Below, piece by piece: positions 1 to 14,507 of a stretch of 64,000 nt of DNA (position 1 is its first letter; every line of letters starts with the position of its first letter). The position numbers and the translations under genes are program-made. The notes under the pieces are model-generated. The model saw only the letters and a program-made list of their open reading frames with translations, was not told the origin of the DNA and did not search any database. The DNA comes from Balanoglossus misakiensis (Eukaryota; Animalia; Hemichordata), in assembly GCA_040954595.2 (NCBI GenBank), contig CM082598.2, positions 3,169,154-3,233,153 on the forward strand. The letters run 5' to 3'.

Positions 1-13
1 CAAACTAACTTAC

Positions 14-753
14 CAATTCGCCATCTGCAATGATTCTTGTAATTAAGGTCGGTTTCGCTTTTGTGCTGTTTTTCGTCTTTGCACGGGACTTTTTCCGCCG
101 GTGTTCATCTGAAAGCCTTGCTTTTTCTTTATTCAGTTTCTTGTGTTTCCTGTGTTTTCGGTAAGAGCTCTTGTCCCGTCCGTGGATTTCGTCGTGTTCG
201 TGTCCTTCGTAGTTGTCGTGCGAATGTTCAGTTGCTGTCTCTTCGTCTTCGATGTCGTCATCCGTCAGGTGGTAATCGTCTGCTGCATCTCTGGAATTTG
301 ATTGGTCGTTTTCGCCGCCATCTTTGTGCGCGTCGGTTGTACCACTAACAGTGCGCGGCGTCGTTGTCGAGTCTGTTGTTGTTGTTGTTGTTGTGGGTTC
401 CTCTTCCGGTTCCTGGTTGTACTTCCGGTAATAATCCTCCTCGTCCCAGTTGCCGAGTTTGAAGCCCTCGTATTTCTTGGCGGGGTCGACGTCCTTCGGC
501 CACGGCGCACAGTAGCTCTCGATGGTCGGGTAGTCGCACGTTTTCTCGCAACATTCGACGACGATGAGACCCGTACCACGCCGACGCTTGCTTCTTGAAC
601 TGCCGCCGCCGAAAAATCCATTGGCGGCTTCTTGTGTTGCAAACACTGAATAAAAAGGTGCACATACATGTTATCCAGGAAAATGATAATATTGTGACAT
701 TAGGGGAAACGTGTTTCGATGTGTTTTCGGATAACAATTATATCTAAGATTTG

Positions 754-840
<87 letters not shown>

Positions 841-1209
841 CAACCACCACCGCCAAAAACATGACCACCACCACCAACATTTCTATCAACATAACCACCA
901 CCACCACCACCACCACCACCACCAACAACAACAACATCATCATCATCATCCACCACGACCACCCCCACAAACATCACCACCACCTTCATCGCCTCTCGAG
1001 ATAAAATCACATGAGTATACCCTACCTGATTCCCTTGCCATTCTACTTTTATGATGTTTCGAAACGTCCGTGTAGTAGCCTCGCCCATGGCATACCAGTG
1101 CCAACATATCGGCCAGTGTTCTTCCGCAGAGTCTATCCCAAGCCAAACCCTCTCCGCAAAGAGCGAAGATGATAAGCGTAACCGTCAATGTCCTACTCGG
1201 TGAAACCAT
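14..1209 (-). CDS. IGF: IGF-like insulin-family prepropeptide; coding exons 1209-1026 and 645-14. Probably continues beyond the left edge; otherwise ends at the TAG at 5-7
   Basis: Signal peptide MVSPSRTLTVTLIIFALCGEGLA, B domain WDRLCGRTLADMLALVCHGRGYY, A domain GLIVVECCEKTCDYPTIESYC (canonical 6 Cys), then a long D/E extension. Phase-1 intron: G|gtaggg donor at 1025 and ttcag|TG acceptor at 647-646 restore the frame (GTG). A GTAAGT donor at 13-8 follows codon TTG. Confidence 0.9.
754..980. repeat. (TCA)n microsatellite (754-840) followed by degenerate (CAC/CAA/CAT)n, inside the IGF intron
   Basis: Directly visible; explains the poly-His, poly-Met and poly-Asp ORFs. Confidence 0.97.
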
Positions 1210-1383
1210 ATTTTTCTGTTTGAAAAACACGAAAGGAAATAACTCCTTTAAGTAAATACAATACGTATAGATTGTACCGTTCAAGCTCCAATCTACTCGA
1301 TTTGGTCTTGGTGATAACACATCTTTCATCAGAAGACTCTTATACTCAATATATCTATCTATCAACCAAACAGTCAGTCAATC

Positions 1384-1421
1384 AGTCTGTCTGTCAGTCT
1401 GTCTGTCTGTCTGTCTGTCTG
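1384..1421. repeat. (TCTG)n microsatellite
   Basis: Directly visible. Confidence 0.85.
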
Positions 1422-4400
1422 TCGGTCTAGCTGCATGTCTGCTGTCCTATGACCAGTCAGTGTACGATACGCAACATGCATTTACTGTAATTATTTTGTT
1501 CACGGTAGAAGCGCTGATGATAACTGTGCTGTTTCCTCAGTGGTGGAAAGTTTGTGCACATACACATACACGGATAACAGAGCCGACACGCGGGGGCATA
1601 TTCTATCAACTTTGTACGTTTTCCAGCTTCCGCCTTTCATTGAGGAGAGACACTGTGGATGTCATTAGACGGGACATTTTCAAGGATAAGTAACCTGAAT
1701 GGCCTTCCAAGGTTGTTTCTCTCTCGACCCAATTGACTGGCAATGTCATACGCTTGTTGCGAAACAAAATTGTCAACAACTCACACGGTGCCATTGCTAG
1801 ATAGATGAATTTACGAGTGGTTCGCAGAAGTTGTGTGTGTGTCTATGTATGTAATACAGGGCATATGTAGATAGAGTTGACTACACTGCCGGACAGTGTC
1901 CATCTTTCGTGGTCCACGCAGTAGTTTCATAATTTATTGCTATTTTAATTTAAAATGTTTTCCTGTTTTCTTTACTTTTTACTATTTGTTGATTGTAATT
2001 TTTGGTTGTACCATGGGCTAAACGAGCAAGGTGCACGTGGCAGTTTCGTAACGAGGTCTATCTGACAGGCAGACGTTCAAGGCGTGATTTCGCTCTACTA
2101 AAAAAACAACTCGGGATTTTGAAACTGTCTTGCGTCAACAAGGCCACGCTGAAGTGGGTGCTCAGCAGGAAATCAAAAAGCGTTTAGTTCTCAATCTGTC
2201 TCTAATTGGTTAATAACACTTGGGCATTTTCAAGTCAAGCGGGGGCTCTCAAGGCAAAAGCAACCCTCCTCATCAAAGAAGGGTTTGGCGAGCCCTTTCC
2301 AATACAACAATTTATCTATATTGTCTGCCTGGTCTGTCTGTTTCTGTCTGAGTCGGTCCCCAGCCGCCTGTCTATTTATTTATATATCTGTCTATCTGTC
2401 CGTCTGTCACTTTTCGCCGTGTCTAACATCCCCGACTTATTACGAGAAAGCCATTTCAAAAATGTTGAAGATACATTCATACTACACGCCATTGTTTCCC
2501 CCAATACAGTGCGTTGTCTATGGGTCTGTCTCTCTCTGTCTGTCTGTCTGCCTGTCTGTCACACTGTCTCCCCTCTCTCGTGCACCATATGTTCTTCCAG
2601 ATGAAATATATTATTTCGGGATGACAGAACCGAGGTAAATCACAGAGGGACACCCCGAAGGCTCATTGCAGCAGCCATTGAAAATATCACCTGTAGACAT
2701 GAGCAGATATCGTGAACTTGACACATTCGTGGTCTCTTTACGGAATTAGGCCGATTTGCATACGCGTAACTTGCCATGGATACCTGGTGTTACGTCAGAC
2801 CTCTATGGCCAGGCTGATGGTCGCGGATCTTGGCTGTGACCGTCTGACCACGCAGGCAGGGTTAGCATATTAATTAAGACAGGTGTCTGACGCGACTTTG
2901 CTGATAACTTTTGACTCAGAGATGCTGCCAGCATTGTATGCAAATTATGCGTTACACAAAATGGTGTAATGAGGCGCTAATTAGCAACTAGTAATCGATC
3001 TAGCCTGCACCATTGTTACCAGACGCTTACAAGCGAAACTTTGGAGCTGGGGACGTTAATTTTAGTGTGTGACATTCAACGTCAAGGCGAACTCTTGTTT
3101 TTCAGTAATTAGCTTTTTTTAGCTTTTGTATAGTGTCGAAGGGTGAACAGCAACGAAAGACTCGGTGAATAGATTGGAGGGACCGTTGGTGTAGACCATG
3201 TCCAACGAGGACAGTTCCTATTGAACATATTGCACGATGTGATGTCTGAGCTGAGAAGTCTATAGTAGTGTCAGAGCAGGGTGTCAGAGATCACTTTCCC
3301 ACACCTATAACTCTGCCCCGTGCAACTTGTACTCCCAGCCTTGAAATCACGACAGTGTTAGTTTTTTTTTCGCCGGTTGCGAGGAACAGACGCCCCGCTG
3401 GCCGTGTGAATATTGGACAGTACCTGCAGCGCGCTAAGGACACAGCCGCAGTGTTCACCGTCGCAAGTTCGGTGACTGCGCTTGTCGGCGCTTGTTCGCA
3501 CAGCTTGACGCGGCGAGGAATAAAGTCGACAGGCGAGATTAGGAAACTTTATCCCGCTATTATCGGCTGCTAATATGACCGCAATGTTCGGTGTCTTGCC
3601 ACTCGGAACTTTGCCTCGAAACTTCTACAGAATGTTTGTGGCGAAGCCCGTGGTTGAGTTTTAGCCCGGTCAGCAGAGTCCACCAGAAGTTTCCGCCATA
3701 CAGAGGTGGCCACTTGTACAAGTAATAGGTAGAGTCCTTCATTGTAGAATCGGCATCAGATTCGGGACAAAAATGTCTAAATCAACTGATGAAAGTTTGC
3801 ACGTTTGCAGAGTGAAAAAGCTCAGGTACGGCCTTACTTCAGTTACTCAGTTACTCACCCCCCCCCCCGCCCTCCACCCCCTCCATCCCTCCTCCGTGCC
3901 AGTATCGGGGTTACGGGTGAAAAAAAGCCTCAAAGTGGTTCAATGTCGGCATAATTTCCAAATAGCCATGACCTTGATCCCACTTCCTCCGCTGACAATC
4001 GAAAGCAGCATCTCAATAAAGAGACGCACATTAGCTTGGCGATTGAGTGATTATTAAACCGTGCAAGTATAGAATCTTCGAGATAAAAGGTTACTTCGGC
4101 AAAGTCGGTGCCGCGGCGACCAATTCAGTTGCATCTAGCTATTTATACGCACACGTCTTTAGATGATTTTAAAGAGACGCCGGGCTGATAAATGTGTCGC
4201 CCGGCGCGTGATCTGTGACAGTACGTGGCTCGGTACTTCCGCTGGTTATAAACACGACCTTTTGAAAGACACGAGGATGAAATGACTGTTCTGTGTGTAT
4301 AAATGTTTAGGTCTCTTAGCATGGTGCGAAATATAGACTTGCCCCAAATCTACGGGCTTAATTACGTCATAATGAATTTCAGCTAAATTTGTCCCGGTGT

Positions 4401-7400
4401 ACTATATAGGCCTAGGTTGTGCCGTGATAGTTGTGTGGAGTATGGATTGGCGATCAGTACCGAAACTCCCAAAGGCAAACAAACTTACGAAAAGTAACTA
4501 GCGGGTTAGACCAGAGACCCTTCCTTTAGAGTCCGTGGTTAGTCTGGCTGAGAAATGAAATTGGCAATCATGCAAAAATCCAATGATTACATAAAAAGAT
4601 TGCAAAGTGTATAAGAAAGATGAACAAAGGGGTTAAGAGCGAAATGAAGGCCATTGGCATTAATTAAGACCCTTGGGAATATATTGGAAATGAAGTTGAA
4701 CGCCCTTTGATGTCTTCTGGGTAAATTCCTTTAGTTCACCAAAATAAGTTGGTTTTGCAGATTTAATCCTGATCTGACAAGTACAATACTGACTGATCTG
4801 GGATTTGCATTTTAGATAAGGCCACGCGCATGTTTTGTTCAAATTCGCAGGGTTCGGATAATATTAACTATGCAAGCATTCAGCATGGGAGTTCTCAGTA
4901 CATTGTGTCTTCAGAAATCTCGCGCGCTCGTCACTAAATGCCATGGATATTATTGTTAAAATTAATCAAACCCTGAAAAAATATGCAGCCTTCGTGTTAT
5001 AGACCCCGAGCTGGTTTATCTAAGAAATAAATTAAAGGCAACGGACAATAGGATGCATGGCGTCGCCATCAGCTGATGCATTCCTGCAGGGGCCAAAATT
5101 AATAATCACGATGACGCGCAATCGGTGTCTTGGAAACCACGTCGTTGGTTAACCCGTAAAATTAGATGCTTGTGTTCTGTTATAGGTGCAAAGCGAGGTC
5201 ATAAATTCGTTACGGTGCCGTTTATTTTTGGGTGGGCACTGGACCGAAATGTCCACGGTCTATATATAGCCCGCTCGTTCAGCATGGGTGTCTGGGAAAG
5301 CGGGCATTGTTCGAGAACACCCGCCCTGCTCGGCGTAAATTGATAGCACTAACTACGTCTAATTCACACCAAGCGTGAAAAACAAGACGGTGCAAAAGGC
5401 CAAGACGATACATTCCGCCGCGAGCGTCTAATTTAGAGCTTCCGAGACGTAATTGCACAAGTTGTCATGGTGAACTGGCCCGCGGGCCCTTCTTTTCCGA
5501 GTGTGTTTTTTGGTTTACACGCAGAGCCTCTGTAATCCGGGTTGAAGTGAGAAATTAGTAACGAATTAAAATGCGCTCGCTGTTTTTCAGCCTTCCGGTT
5601 GATTGAGTACTTGTCTCTATTATGACAGACCGGGGTTCAACCCGAAAGGTGTTTTTTCTTCACCTGAGGTCCCTTGTAATACGCTCGAGCAGTGCCGAAA
5701 ACAAGACTTCACACGTAGAGATGTTCTTCGAGAAGTTGACTGAGGGATGGACTAGCAACAACTTTTTAAAAAAAAACATGAACCTGGCCATCATGCCAAA
5801 AATACCAAATGAGGTTCGGACAAGTCGAACCTGGGAACTGCGGGTGTGGAAAAACTTGGCCAATAATAAACCAGAAGAATTAAACAATCCAGAAACTTTT
5901 TTTTTCAATTTTAGACATCATAAATAGCTTACCTATTAACAGCAAGTATGTCGGATCTCGGATTCTACCGCCCAGAAGACACAGTCATCAGCTGCGGAAC
6001 TTTCCTTTCTCATACGTTGCTCTTTTTACACCAACCCGGTCGGTCGCTCGTGTGGGTGAGAATGACATCGGGCTGCTTGACTACGCGTCTTTTTATCGGG
6101 GTCAGATCACTTGTTTGTGCTATATGTTAATTATTTCGATATTAATCAGTGATGTTTTCTCCTCGTTGTTTGTCTAATTGGGGGATGATGCCACGTCGGT
6201 CTTTGGTGTTTGCTGGCCGGGGTAAACTTTTAAAAAGTATATTTTCGATCATTTTGCACCGATTCTGCAAGAAATAAGCAGTGAGGTGACAAATACGGAG
6301 AAAATCGCCCCGGTCTTGTATCGATAATGCCATTGTTTGTTCAATTGCATAATTTAATTTAAGAAGCAGTCTGCTAAAAGCGCCTTCGCGATTGGTTGGT
6401 GGTGTGGCATTACTCACAGGCGGCCAATCAGAGTGGAGGTTGGTCCTGGGGGGGAAGGTCGGCGAATTTGTCACATAATCCGTCATAGGCTGGTGATAAT
6501 GGCGACACAGGCTTCCCCCGTGATTTTCCACGCTCCCCTGTCATGCGTACGTGCTAACCCCAGAATTCCAATGTCGGTGAAGTTTAGAATTCCCATCAAA
6601 CGAGTGATGCCCGCAAACTTGAACATAAAACATCACCGGCCCACGGACCGTCACCAAATTACTCTCCTACCGGCTTTGACGATTTCACACCTCACCAGAA
6701 TTGAAGTTAAATTATTTTAGACACGATATGACTTACAAACAGAGGATCATTCTGAAAATTTAAACTTAAACCATTCTAGTTCAACCAATTTAAAGTGTCA
6801 CTTTGATATTCTCGACGAGTACTTTTTGCTGGGGCTTTTACCCGAGTCACAAAATCTGCACATTTTACCAATATTCAAATATTCCGGTGGCGATTCTGGG
6901 ACATTTCAACGCGGGTGGTGCGTTACTTACGGAGCTGGTCTTGTGAAGTTAGTGGATTTGGAACCACGGCAGGGTCCCTGGCAATTCTTCGCGATGGACG
7001 TGGGCTTGACAGCAATTCTCGCTGTCCTCTCACGTGACTCCACGTGGGCAAGGGTCCAGTACGACCACCGACTATATATACGCGCCGATATAATCCGCGT
7101 GTATTGTACCCAAGGTTATGGTATCTTCGTCCATGCTGTGATCAAAGGCCGAAACCTCTCTGGTTGTCTTTTCTTCCCCTGAGTAGTCTGTGATCTGTGA
7201 CGAAAAGGGTGGGCGAGTTGAGTCTCCCGCAAATCCGGGTACGATTGTTCCCGGCCTTTGGGGAACATACACCGGAATGCTGCGGTCTACTTCAGCTTCA
7301 TAATCTCTTGAGTGTTCAGTCACAAAGCAGTGATGCACATTGGTGAGAGAGGAATCGGTGTGATTTCTGAACAAAGTACGAAAATGTCTCCAACTTGATA

Positions 7401-9457
7401 ACAAATAGAGAGAGTCTTAAACCGAGATCTCGTTGGTTGTTTAAGTTTCTTGGACTTCTGTAGACAAAGAGTGTTATTTCTTAGTTGCAAGGGCGTTGCG
7501 GTAGGCTTTGAAAACGCAAGAGATTCCTCTCAAGGGATATGGTTTTTATAAAGGGGGCTCACAGAATGGCATATCTAAGCGAGAATGTTCATTTAAATTG
7601 TATAGTTGGTATCCCCAAAGCAGCGTTGACTCATTAAGGTTGAATATTGCGGTTTAGTGGAATTCGTGAAATTTTTGGAGGCGATTTTCTTCTGTATTCC
7701 GATTGGTATCGTTAGATCATGAAGATTGTAAAAGGTGTCTCTTGGAAAACATGAAAAGATGCGTAAACTTTAGTCTGTTGTCGTGGTACATGTTTTGTGC
7801 GTTACCAGTGCTTTAGTCTTTGTTTTATAATAGTAGCCTCTGACACTTCGCCGGTGAGACAGCTGCTTTGACCAAAAAACAAACCTTTGTCCTAAAAAGC
7901 CAATGGCGTTTCGAACAATGATGTGTCCACAGGCACGTGTTAATTATTGCGAATCGACAGTGAATTGTGTGTGACGTCAGCCATTGATACGTGAACGAAT
8001 CGGTTAAAATGGTACAGTCACCAAACTGCCTAAATTCGTTGCGTCTTTTTCACGATGAGACTAACTTCAGCGTTTTCCCACCATTAGTCTCACATACAAC
8101 TGAAACGTCTTCAAGTGTGCTTGTGTTAGTCTGCCTATATAATCTTACACCAACAATTATCTCGGCCACCCGGCTCGACTCCAGCCTCTTAGAGGTGCCA
8201 GAGCACGGTGACCACTAAGTTGTTTACAAGAAATCTGAAAATAAACCCGGGTCCAGGCAAAATATGCTATCCGAGTAACCATGGCTCCAGCCGAACAATG
8301 GCCAGACTTGAACAAGCCCTTAGCCTACATAATGGACGCTCAGACACGATGGAATGTCACCATGAACCCTCATTTGCATGTTAAAACGTTCGATTCAGAA
8401 GTCATTTCGATTCGGAACTTTGTGGGCTCACTCAGTCGAAGAGAAGGGCCTTTGATTTTCCCAAATCTTCCGACATCATGGGGTCATGTATTCTTTTTAG
8501 TTCTTTCTAATATATCGCCTGCTAGAGTAGTTAACTCTGATCTCCCCAAAGAGAATTTTCTCTCTTTATTCTGGGAAAGGGGGGCTTTTAGAGAATTGGG
8601 TCGCAGTAGCCTGAGCATTGAGTCTTATCTCATTGGAGCGGCGATTCTTTTGTTTTTTTCTCTTATCCCCATGCACAAGTCACGTAACAGATTTAAGCCA
8701 AAACAAGCGTTTGTGCAGTTTGAATACAGCTTTTTCGGTTATCATCTAATTGGGTAAGAAATCAGTCACATGGCCAGCAGCCAATCAGAGGTGTAATAGA
8801 TCTCAATATAATGTGCATGTATATGTATAATATGTAGTATAATGTATATATTACATATACACTGTTATTTGTGCGTGTTACCAACTATCGGCTGTGACAT
8901 GCGTTATGCAGTCACTGTGATATTCTACGAGAAACATTCCAGCGAGGACGGCTTGTCCATGACGACCGATGCCGTCATCTTCAAGACAATGCTGCAGTGA
9001 CCCCACAGTCGGCCGTCCAAGGACAAGATCAACTTCAAAGGAGAGGTCGGAATCCATCCAACCGAGAACCGGCGCAGCCACCCACAATGTGCGCCGGGGA
9101 TGGAATAAACTAACCGTGTCGAATAACCGGTACGCGTTCCGCTATAAAGAAACCTGCCGGGGCATCTAATCATAAATCGCCGTTTCTTGTCACCAAGTTC
9201 GCAAGATGGCGTGTGAGCATCCCAAATAATCTGTGTCCGATTGCAAGCGCGTATCGACACCTCATAGTTGCACTTTGGACGTCAATGCCCAAAGTCCGAA
9301 AGCTTTTTTATCTCTCAGTACAGCTGTAAAAAAAGAACCACTCTTGTCCACCAACTCGCCTAGACACATGTAGTATAATTCGATAAAATTCATAAATGAA
9401 ACGCGTTACTTTTTTTTAAAAAAATTGCCTTTTATTAGCAATATTAAACGCGAAAAT

Positions 9458-9640
9458 GTCATTCATTCATTCATTCAACCATCTATTTATCCACTCACTC
9501 ACTCACTCACTCACTCACTCACTCACTCACTCACTCACTCACTCACTCACTCACTCACTCACTCACTCACTCATTCATTCATTCATTCATTCATTCATTC
9601 ATTCATTCATTCATTCATTCATTCATTCATTCATTCATTC
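9458..9640. repeat. Compound (CACT)n(CATT)n microsatellite
   Basis: Directly visible; explains the LTHS/FIHS repeat ORFs. Confidence 0.97.
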
Positions 9641-11747
9641 CATATATCCATTTCTTTGTTTTCGGGTAAGGGGGAAATCTTCTATACCTTGCAACAGAAT
9701 ATACATTCTCGCTGCCGCCCAACCAGAGTACATGTCCCTAAAAATTAGCCTACTTCCAATTTATGGCAATGAATCCTGATTTATTAGAACGAACTGGTAA
9801 TTTGCTGCGTGGGAACTCGGCGTTCTCGTCAGTGTACGCGCACGCGCGCACGTGCCTCGCGAAATTCCAAATTCATCTGGCAGGTTTTTCCTTACCGTTA
9901 ATGAGTCGAGTATCTTAACAGTTCACACGTTTATCACGCCGGATCATACATGATTCTGATTGGCTGCTTGTGTGATGACGCCTGTGTGACCTAATATCAT
10001 GTCATGTTCTTGGTACGGGCTGAGTGTGTGGCATCAAAATGCAAGTGAAAAACACCATTGTTGTTTAGCCCATGTTGGAGTTGATTTTCAACGTTGTGAG
10101 GCTCCCAAAGCAAAAAAAAAATCCATCGCTTTGGCCTCAGAAGTGGTTGTAAAAACGGCCAGAGATCAGACTGGATTCTTAGAAAGCCTTATCACGTTGC
10201 GTAAGGTCACGTTGTCCACCGTTCATTTTGAGGGCCGCATTATATTAGTGTAATGTTGAGAAATTTCAAGAAAACGTGACTCAAGTCAGTATATAGAGTG
10301 GGAGTAATGAGTTCTGATGTGTGGTCGCGTAAGCCTTATGGTCAAGTGAGCCCGTATATGGTTAAAGTCGAAATGGCTGCCACTATTGCATTATTTTCAC
10401 GATTTCACTTTCAAAGTCAGAATGGTCAATTTAAATGAGCTTTCTGATGGGTATACACAAACATATTATCAACCTCTGATTGTGGCTGTATGTTTAAATA
10501 TGTACAAGTCAAATAATAAACGGGTGCGGCACTCGTTTATTCAGTCGCCCAAAGTTCACAACTGTCATGCTATGCGCGTGCGTAGTATCAGTTGCAAGTT
10601 ATATGTGTGGATGGATGCGTTTTTCGATTCAATTTGTCCACGAGCTGTATTTCTTCTTTGTGAACTTTGACCTAAAAGCAGACTTGTTAAAATATGTCTG
10701 TATATTGGGAGCAAAAAATAACCAGATGAAGTTGAACAAAAATGGCACTTTGCAATATTTAAAAAGAATATACTCGAAAACTAATTTCTTTCGCCAAAAT
10801 CACTATCCAGGCATAAACTTATCGGCAAAACGACATCAAAAGCTCAAAACAACAAGCAGAAAAACAACACCAATCTTATACAAACGTTTTGGAAATAATT
10901 AACCTGATTTACCGTGACCCTGATAATTGTGTAAGACCTGCAGTCCAATGGTCGTATCTCGTGTGCCAAGCAACCGCATCTTAATAAACACAATGTACAT
11001 CACAATAGCTAGTTAAATGACTATTTGTCAAAAATTATTATTAAGTTATTTTCACTGAACTGTTGTACATCACAAGATTCCAGAGAAATGTAAATGTTTC
11101 CTCGGGATTTAACTGGAAATGTTGACAGGAAATTATTTGATCTTGAGTGCGCGTTACTTTTCTACGTTTAATCGTGTTGATGATAACGCCACGGATGCCT
11201 GGTGTAGTTTTCGCCCAGTAACCAGACTTAATGCATGATAATCTAAGTCTAATCGTTTGTCCTGTTCAGTGACAATACACGGAAGGTTCAAAAGTCAAGC
11301 ACAGGGGAACATTCGAGTGGGGCTACCTCAAGCCAGACCGCTTGTAGCGTTATCTAATAAATAGGATTATTTTACGATTACTCCGTTTTGTCCTCGTTGT
11401 GGTCAGTTCTTTCAGCCCGTTCAGACAACAACTTGAGTTTGAAGTGCTCGGTAAACAAATTAAATCTCGATTGCATTGGCGGGAATCTGAAACTCGAACG
11501 ATATCCCAGTAATTTTCACCTTTGTCCGAATTCTGAAGTATTTCAAGTCGTGTTATTGGTGAGCAGTGTTTTTCATGTACCTAATCGGCTGCCGAAATAA
11601 TGATGGCGTTTCATATAACATTATTTAGAAAGAGGAGAAGGGAAAGCATCTAATCAAGGGCGCCATGGAGTGTTTAAGAAGCACATAGCCAATACACTAC
11701 ACGTCTGCCTGTGTGTCTGCTACCTGACTGTCTCTGCCTGTCGATAG

Positions 11748-11780
<33 letters not shown>

Positions 11781-12470
11781 CATATCATACATGGCATTTA
11801 TGCATACATTCGCCATTCTCCATACCTGCCCCAGTAAAATATCCTAATGTACTTCCTCGGTTCAATATTTTCAAACATCAAAGCCTATGATAGTTCAGTT
11901 TTGAAATTTGGTGTTTTGCAATGTTTGAGGACATTTATTTTGCTAAATGTTGGTAGCCTAAATCACACGTTGATTTCAGTCAACTCTAACCACCGAGGGC
12001 GCTATACGTGATGCAGCACTTTCTAAACCCCACGTGGTTTGTGCAGTGTCCATCATTGCGAGAATAGCAGAGATGGGTGACAGTGGTAACAGTGGTGCAG
12101 GCCATTGTGCTTAGCCGAGCCTGTGTTTTGCAAATTAGCTTCCGTTGTCCACAATCGTTATCTAAACTACACACAAGATGGTTCCCATTTATTTGACCCC
12201 TATACCCCTGATTGTCCGTTCTGCTTGTCAACAGAACCTGTACAAGTGCCATGGCCATTTTTACTCGGTTCCATTTCAAGTCCGGACTTAATTTCATGGC
12301 AGTGGTGACTGTACATATCCGGGCTGTGTTGATAAGCTACATACTGGACATTTATTCACTCTTTCGAAAGTCGAACAAGAAAAATTATTCGACTTTGCTG
12401 ATAAAATAATATTATAGCTTTGTGGTACGCAAGAACTTTTTCACTGATGATAGAAATACATCTCTGCTTA

Positions 12471-12850
12471 ATTCCAGATAAACTCCACAGCATCGTGATA
12501 CAGCCCCCAATGCAGGACAAAGAAGGCCACTAGTCTACCAAAGGAAAACAGGGTATGCCACACACTTGTTCTATCTCGTCAATAGTATATCAATATCGTG
12601 TTATTGTTTATCAGTATCCTATTGTGTGTTTTTCAGTATCTTGTTGTTGTTTATCAGTATATTGTTGTTCTTTGTCGGTAACTTGGCACCCCACACAGTG
12701 GTGATAGAACTCCACCTCTGATTATATTCCAGATAAACTCCATCGTCTCTGTTGTTTACCCCGTGCAAAAAATCCAAGAAATGCACAGCATACATCCCTC
12801 CAATGCAGGACAAAGAAGGCCAATAGTCTACCAAAGGAAAACAGGTAAGA
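12471..12850. repeat. Local direct duplication (about 12471-12560 and 12726-12850)
   Basis: Both copies contain ATTCCAGATAAACTCCA and CCAATGCAGGACAAAGAAGGCCA.TAGTCTACCAAAGGAAAACAGG. Confidence 0.85.
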
Positions 12851-13352
12851 CACGAACATTTTATGACCGAGGCACGTATGTCTCTTTCTCTGCACACACA
12901 CCATCTTAGTATAGACTTAGAAGTAGCTCTGTCACTAGGTTGTACGCCCAATAGGTAATTTGCCTGTCTCTTACTCTCTGTCTGTCTGTCTTTCTCTGAT
13001 ACACACACGTAGTATAGACTAGTCTCCATTTGTAAACATTGCAAAAAAATTGACGCCGTCCAAAGCACGTATCAATAAGTTGAATACTCAATGATCATGA
13101 TTCTACTCGACCCTCGACTGGTGCAGAGGTATCGAGACTACGAGGGCGCCCTTTTTATGATCAGCCTACCTCCAGACCCAATAACGCAAATAAGGTAACT
13201 TCGGATTAAATGAAAACAAGCTATTGTAAATAAACCATTATCCTGTAATATAATAGCGTTAACATAAAATCAGAGCATATTTTAGAGAGAGAGAGAGAGA
13301 GGAGAGAAACAAGCGATAACCACGCTGAAGCAAATCACAAGTATTATACAGA

Positions 13353-13358
13353 TTTATT
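13353..13358 (-). terminator. Candidate polyadenylation signal of the 927-aa gene
   Basis: AATAAA on the minus strand about 1.15 kb after the stop codon. Confidence 0.4.
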
Positions 13359-14507
13359 GTAATCTAAAGGAATACATGTAATAAAATTACACAGCTGAAT
13401 AACTTGGAAGCTTTAGAAAAAAAACAAGTCATGAACTGCCTAAAGAAGGGTGTACAACAGTTTCCTGCAAGTTCTTTGTACATGAAGAAACGTTTATGAA
13501 GATGAAGAAGTTCGCGCTGAAATGTATTGTAGGCTGCAATGTGTACTGAGAAGGGTATCATTGTTGACAGTGGCGGGCCACGTTTGACAAAACAGGTTGG
13601 CCTTTCGTGGTGCACTTCTGAAGTGAAACGCCCCGCTTCTTTCACGACGACAGTTTTGCCAGAAAACACTCAACTTTGATCATGGTTTGATCAAACACAC
13701 TCGGACGTAACTGTAATCTCCGCTTCAGTGACTCCCAACCGATTATTCTACATAACAAAAACCTTAAACTGCCAAATAGTCCTATTTTGGTAGGGCTAAG
13801 ACAGGGTGTAATGTATGGAGGTCCATAGTATTCTGGTCAAGGGTTGGATTTCTACAGATTTGTGTGGAACTACTGACAATGTAATATAAGTTTACATTAC
13901 AATGTAAGAATGGACTGAAATAATATACACACACTTTTGTGTTAATGATCGGTAAGTGAGAGAGTGAGTGAAATGTGTGTATGTATGATGTATAGTTAGG
14001 TTGGCTAGCAGTACAGTAAACTCATGAAATGGGTCGTGAAACGTTGAAATACAGTGTCAGAAGTTGAAAAATAATACAGAAATATTACACAAAAGAAATG
14101 GCCAATCCGACTGTTCGATCATGGAGGTAAACCTTTTCACCTTCACTTTATTAGAAACAGCCATTTTGGTGACGCTGGAGAAATGCCCGGATATACACAC
14201 GGCATGACGTCAGGTGACGTCAGGTGTGCAGACAACCTGTAAAGAAGAAAGCGACACACGTTAAACTGGAGAGTTTCACACCCAAGGCACTTAATCCAAC
14301 AAAGTCTGCCCGGAGGAGTGTTACCAAGGATGCGTTGCATGATGCATATATGTATCATGCAATATTATGTTTGTATATATAAGAGCAAAACTCCCCTTTT
14401 TCGTTTTCACAATCCGCCAACATGAAAACAAATGCCCCAATTTTCGTTGCATATCGTATATCTTTGTTGAAAACTCACCTACAAAGTTGATTATCGCAGA
14501 AGTCTGA

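Noticed and set aside
671-1088. Poly-His, poly-Met and poly-Asp ORFs
   Set aside because: Translations of the intronic (CAT)n microsatellite
9425-9779. LTHS/FIHS repeat ORFs (likewise the YLSI ORF at 52700-53020)
   Set aside because: Tetranucleotide microsatellite translations
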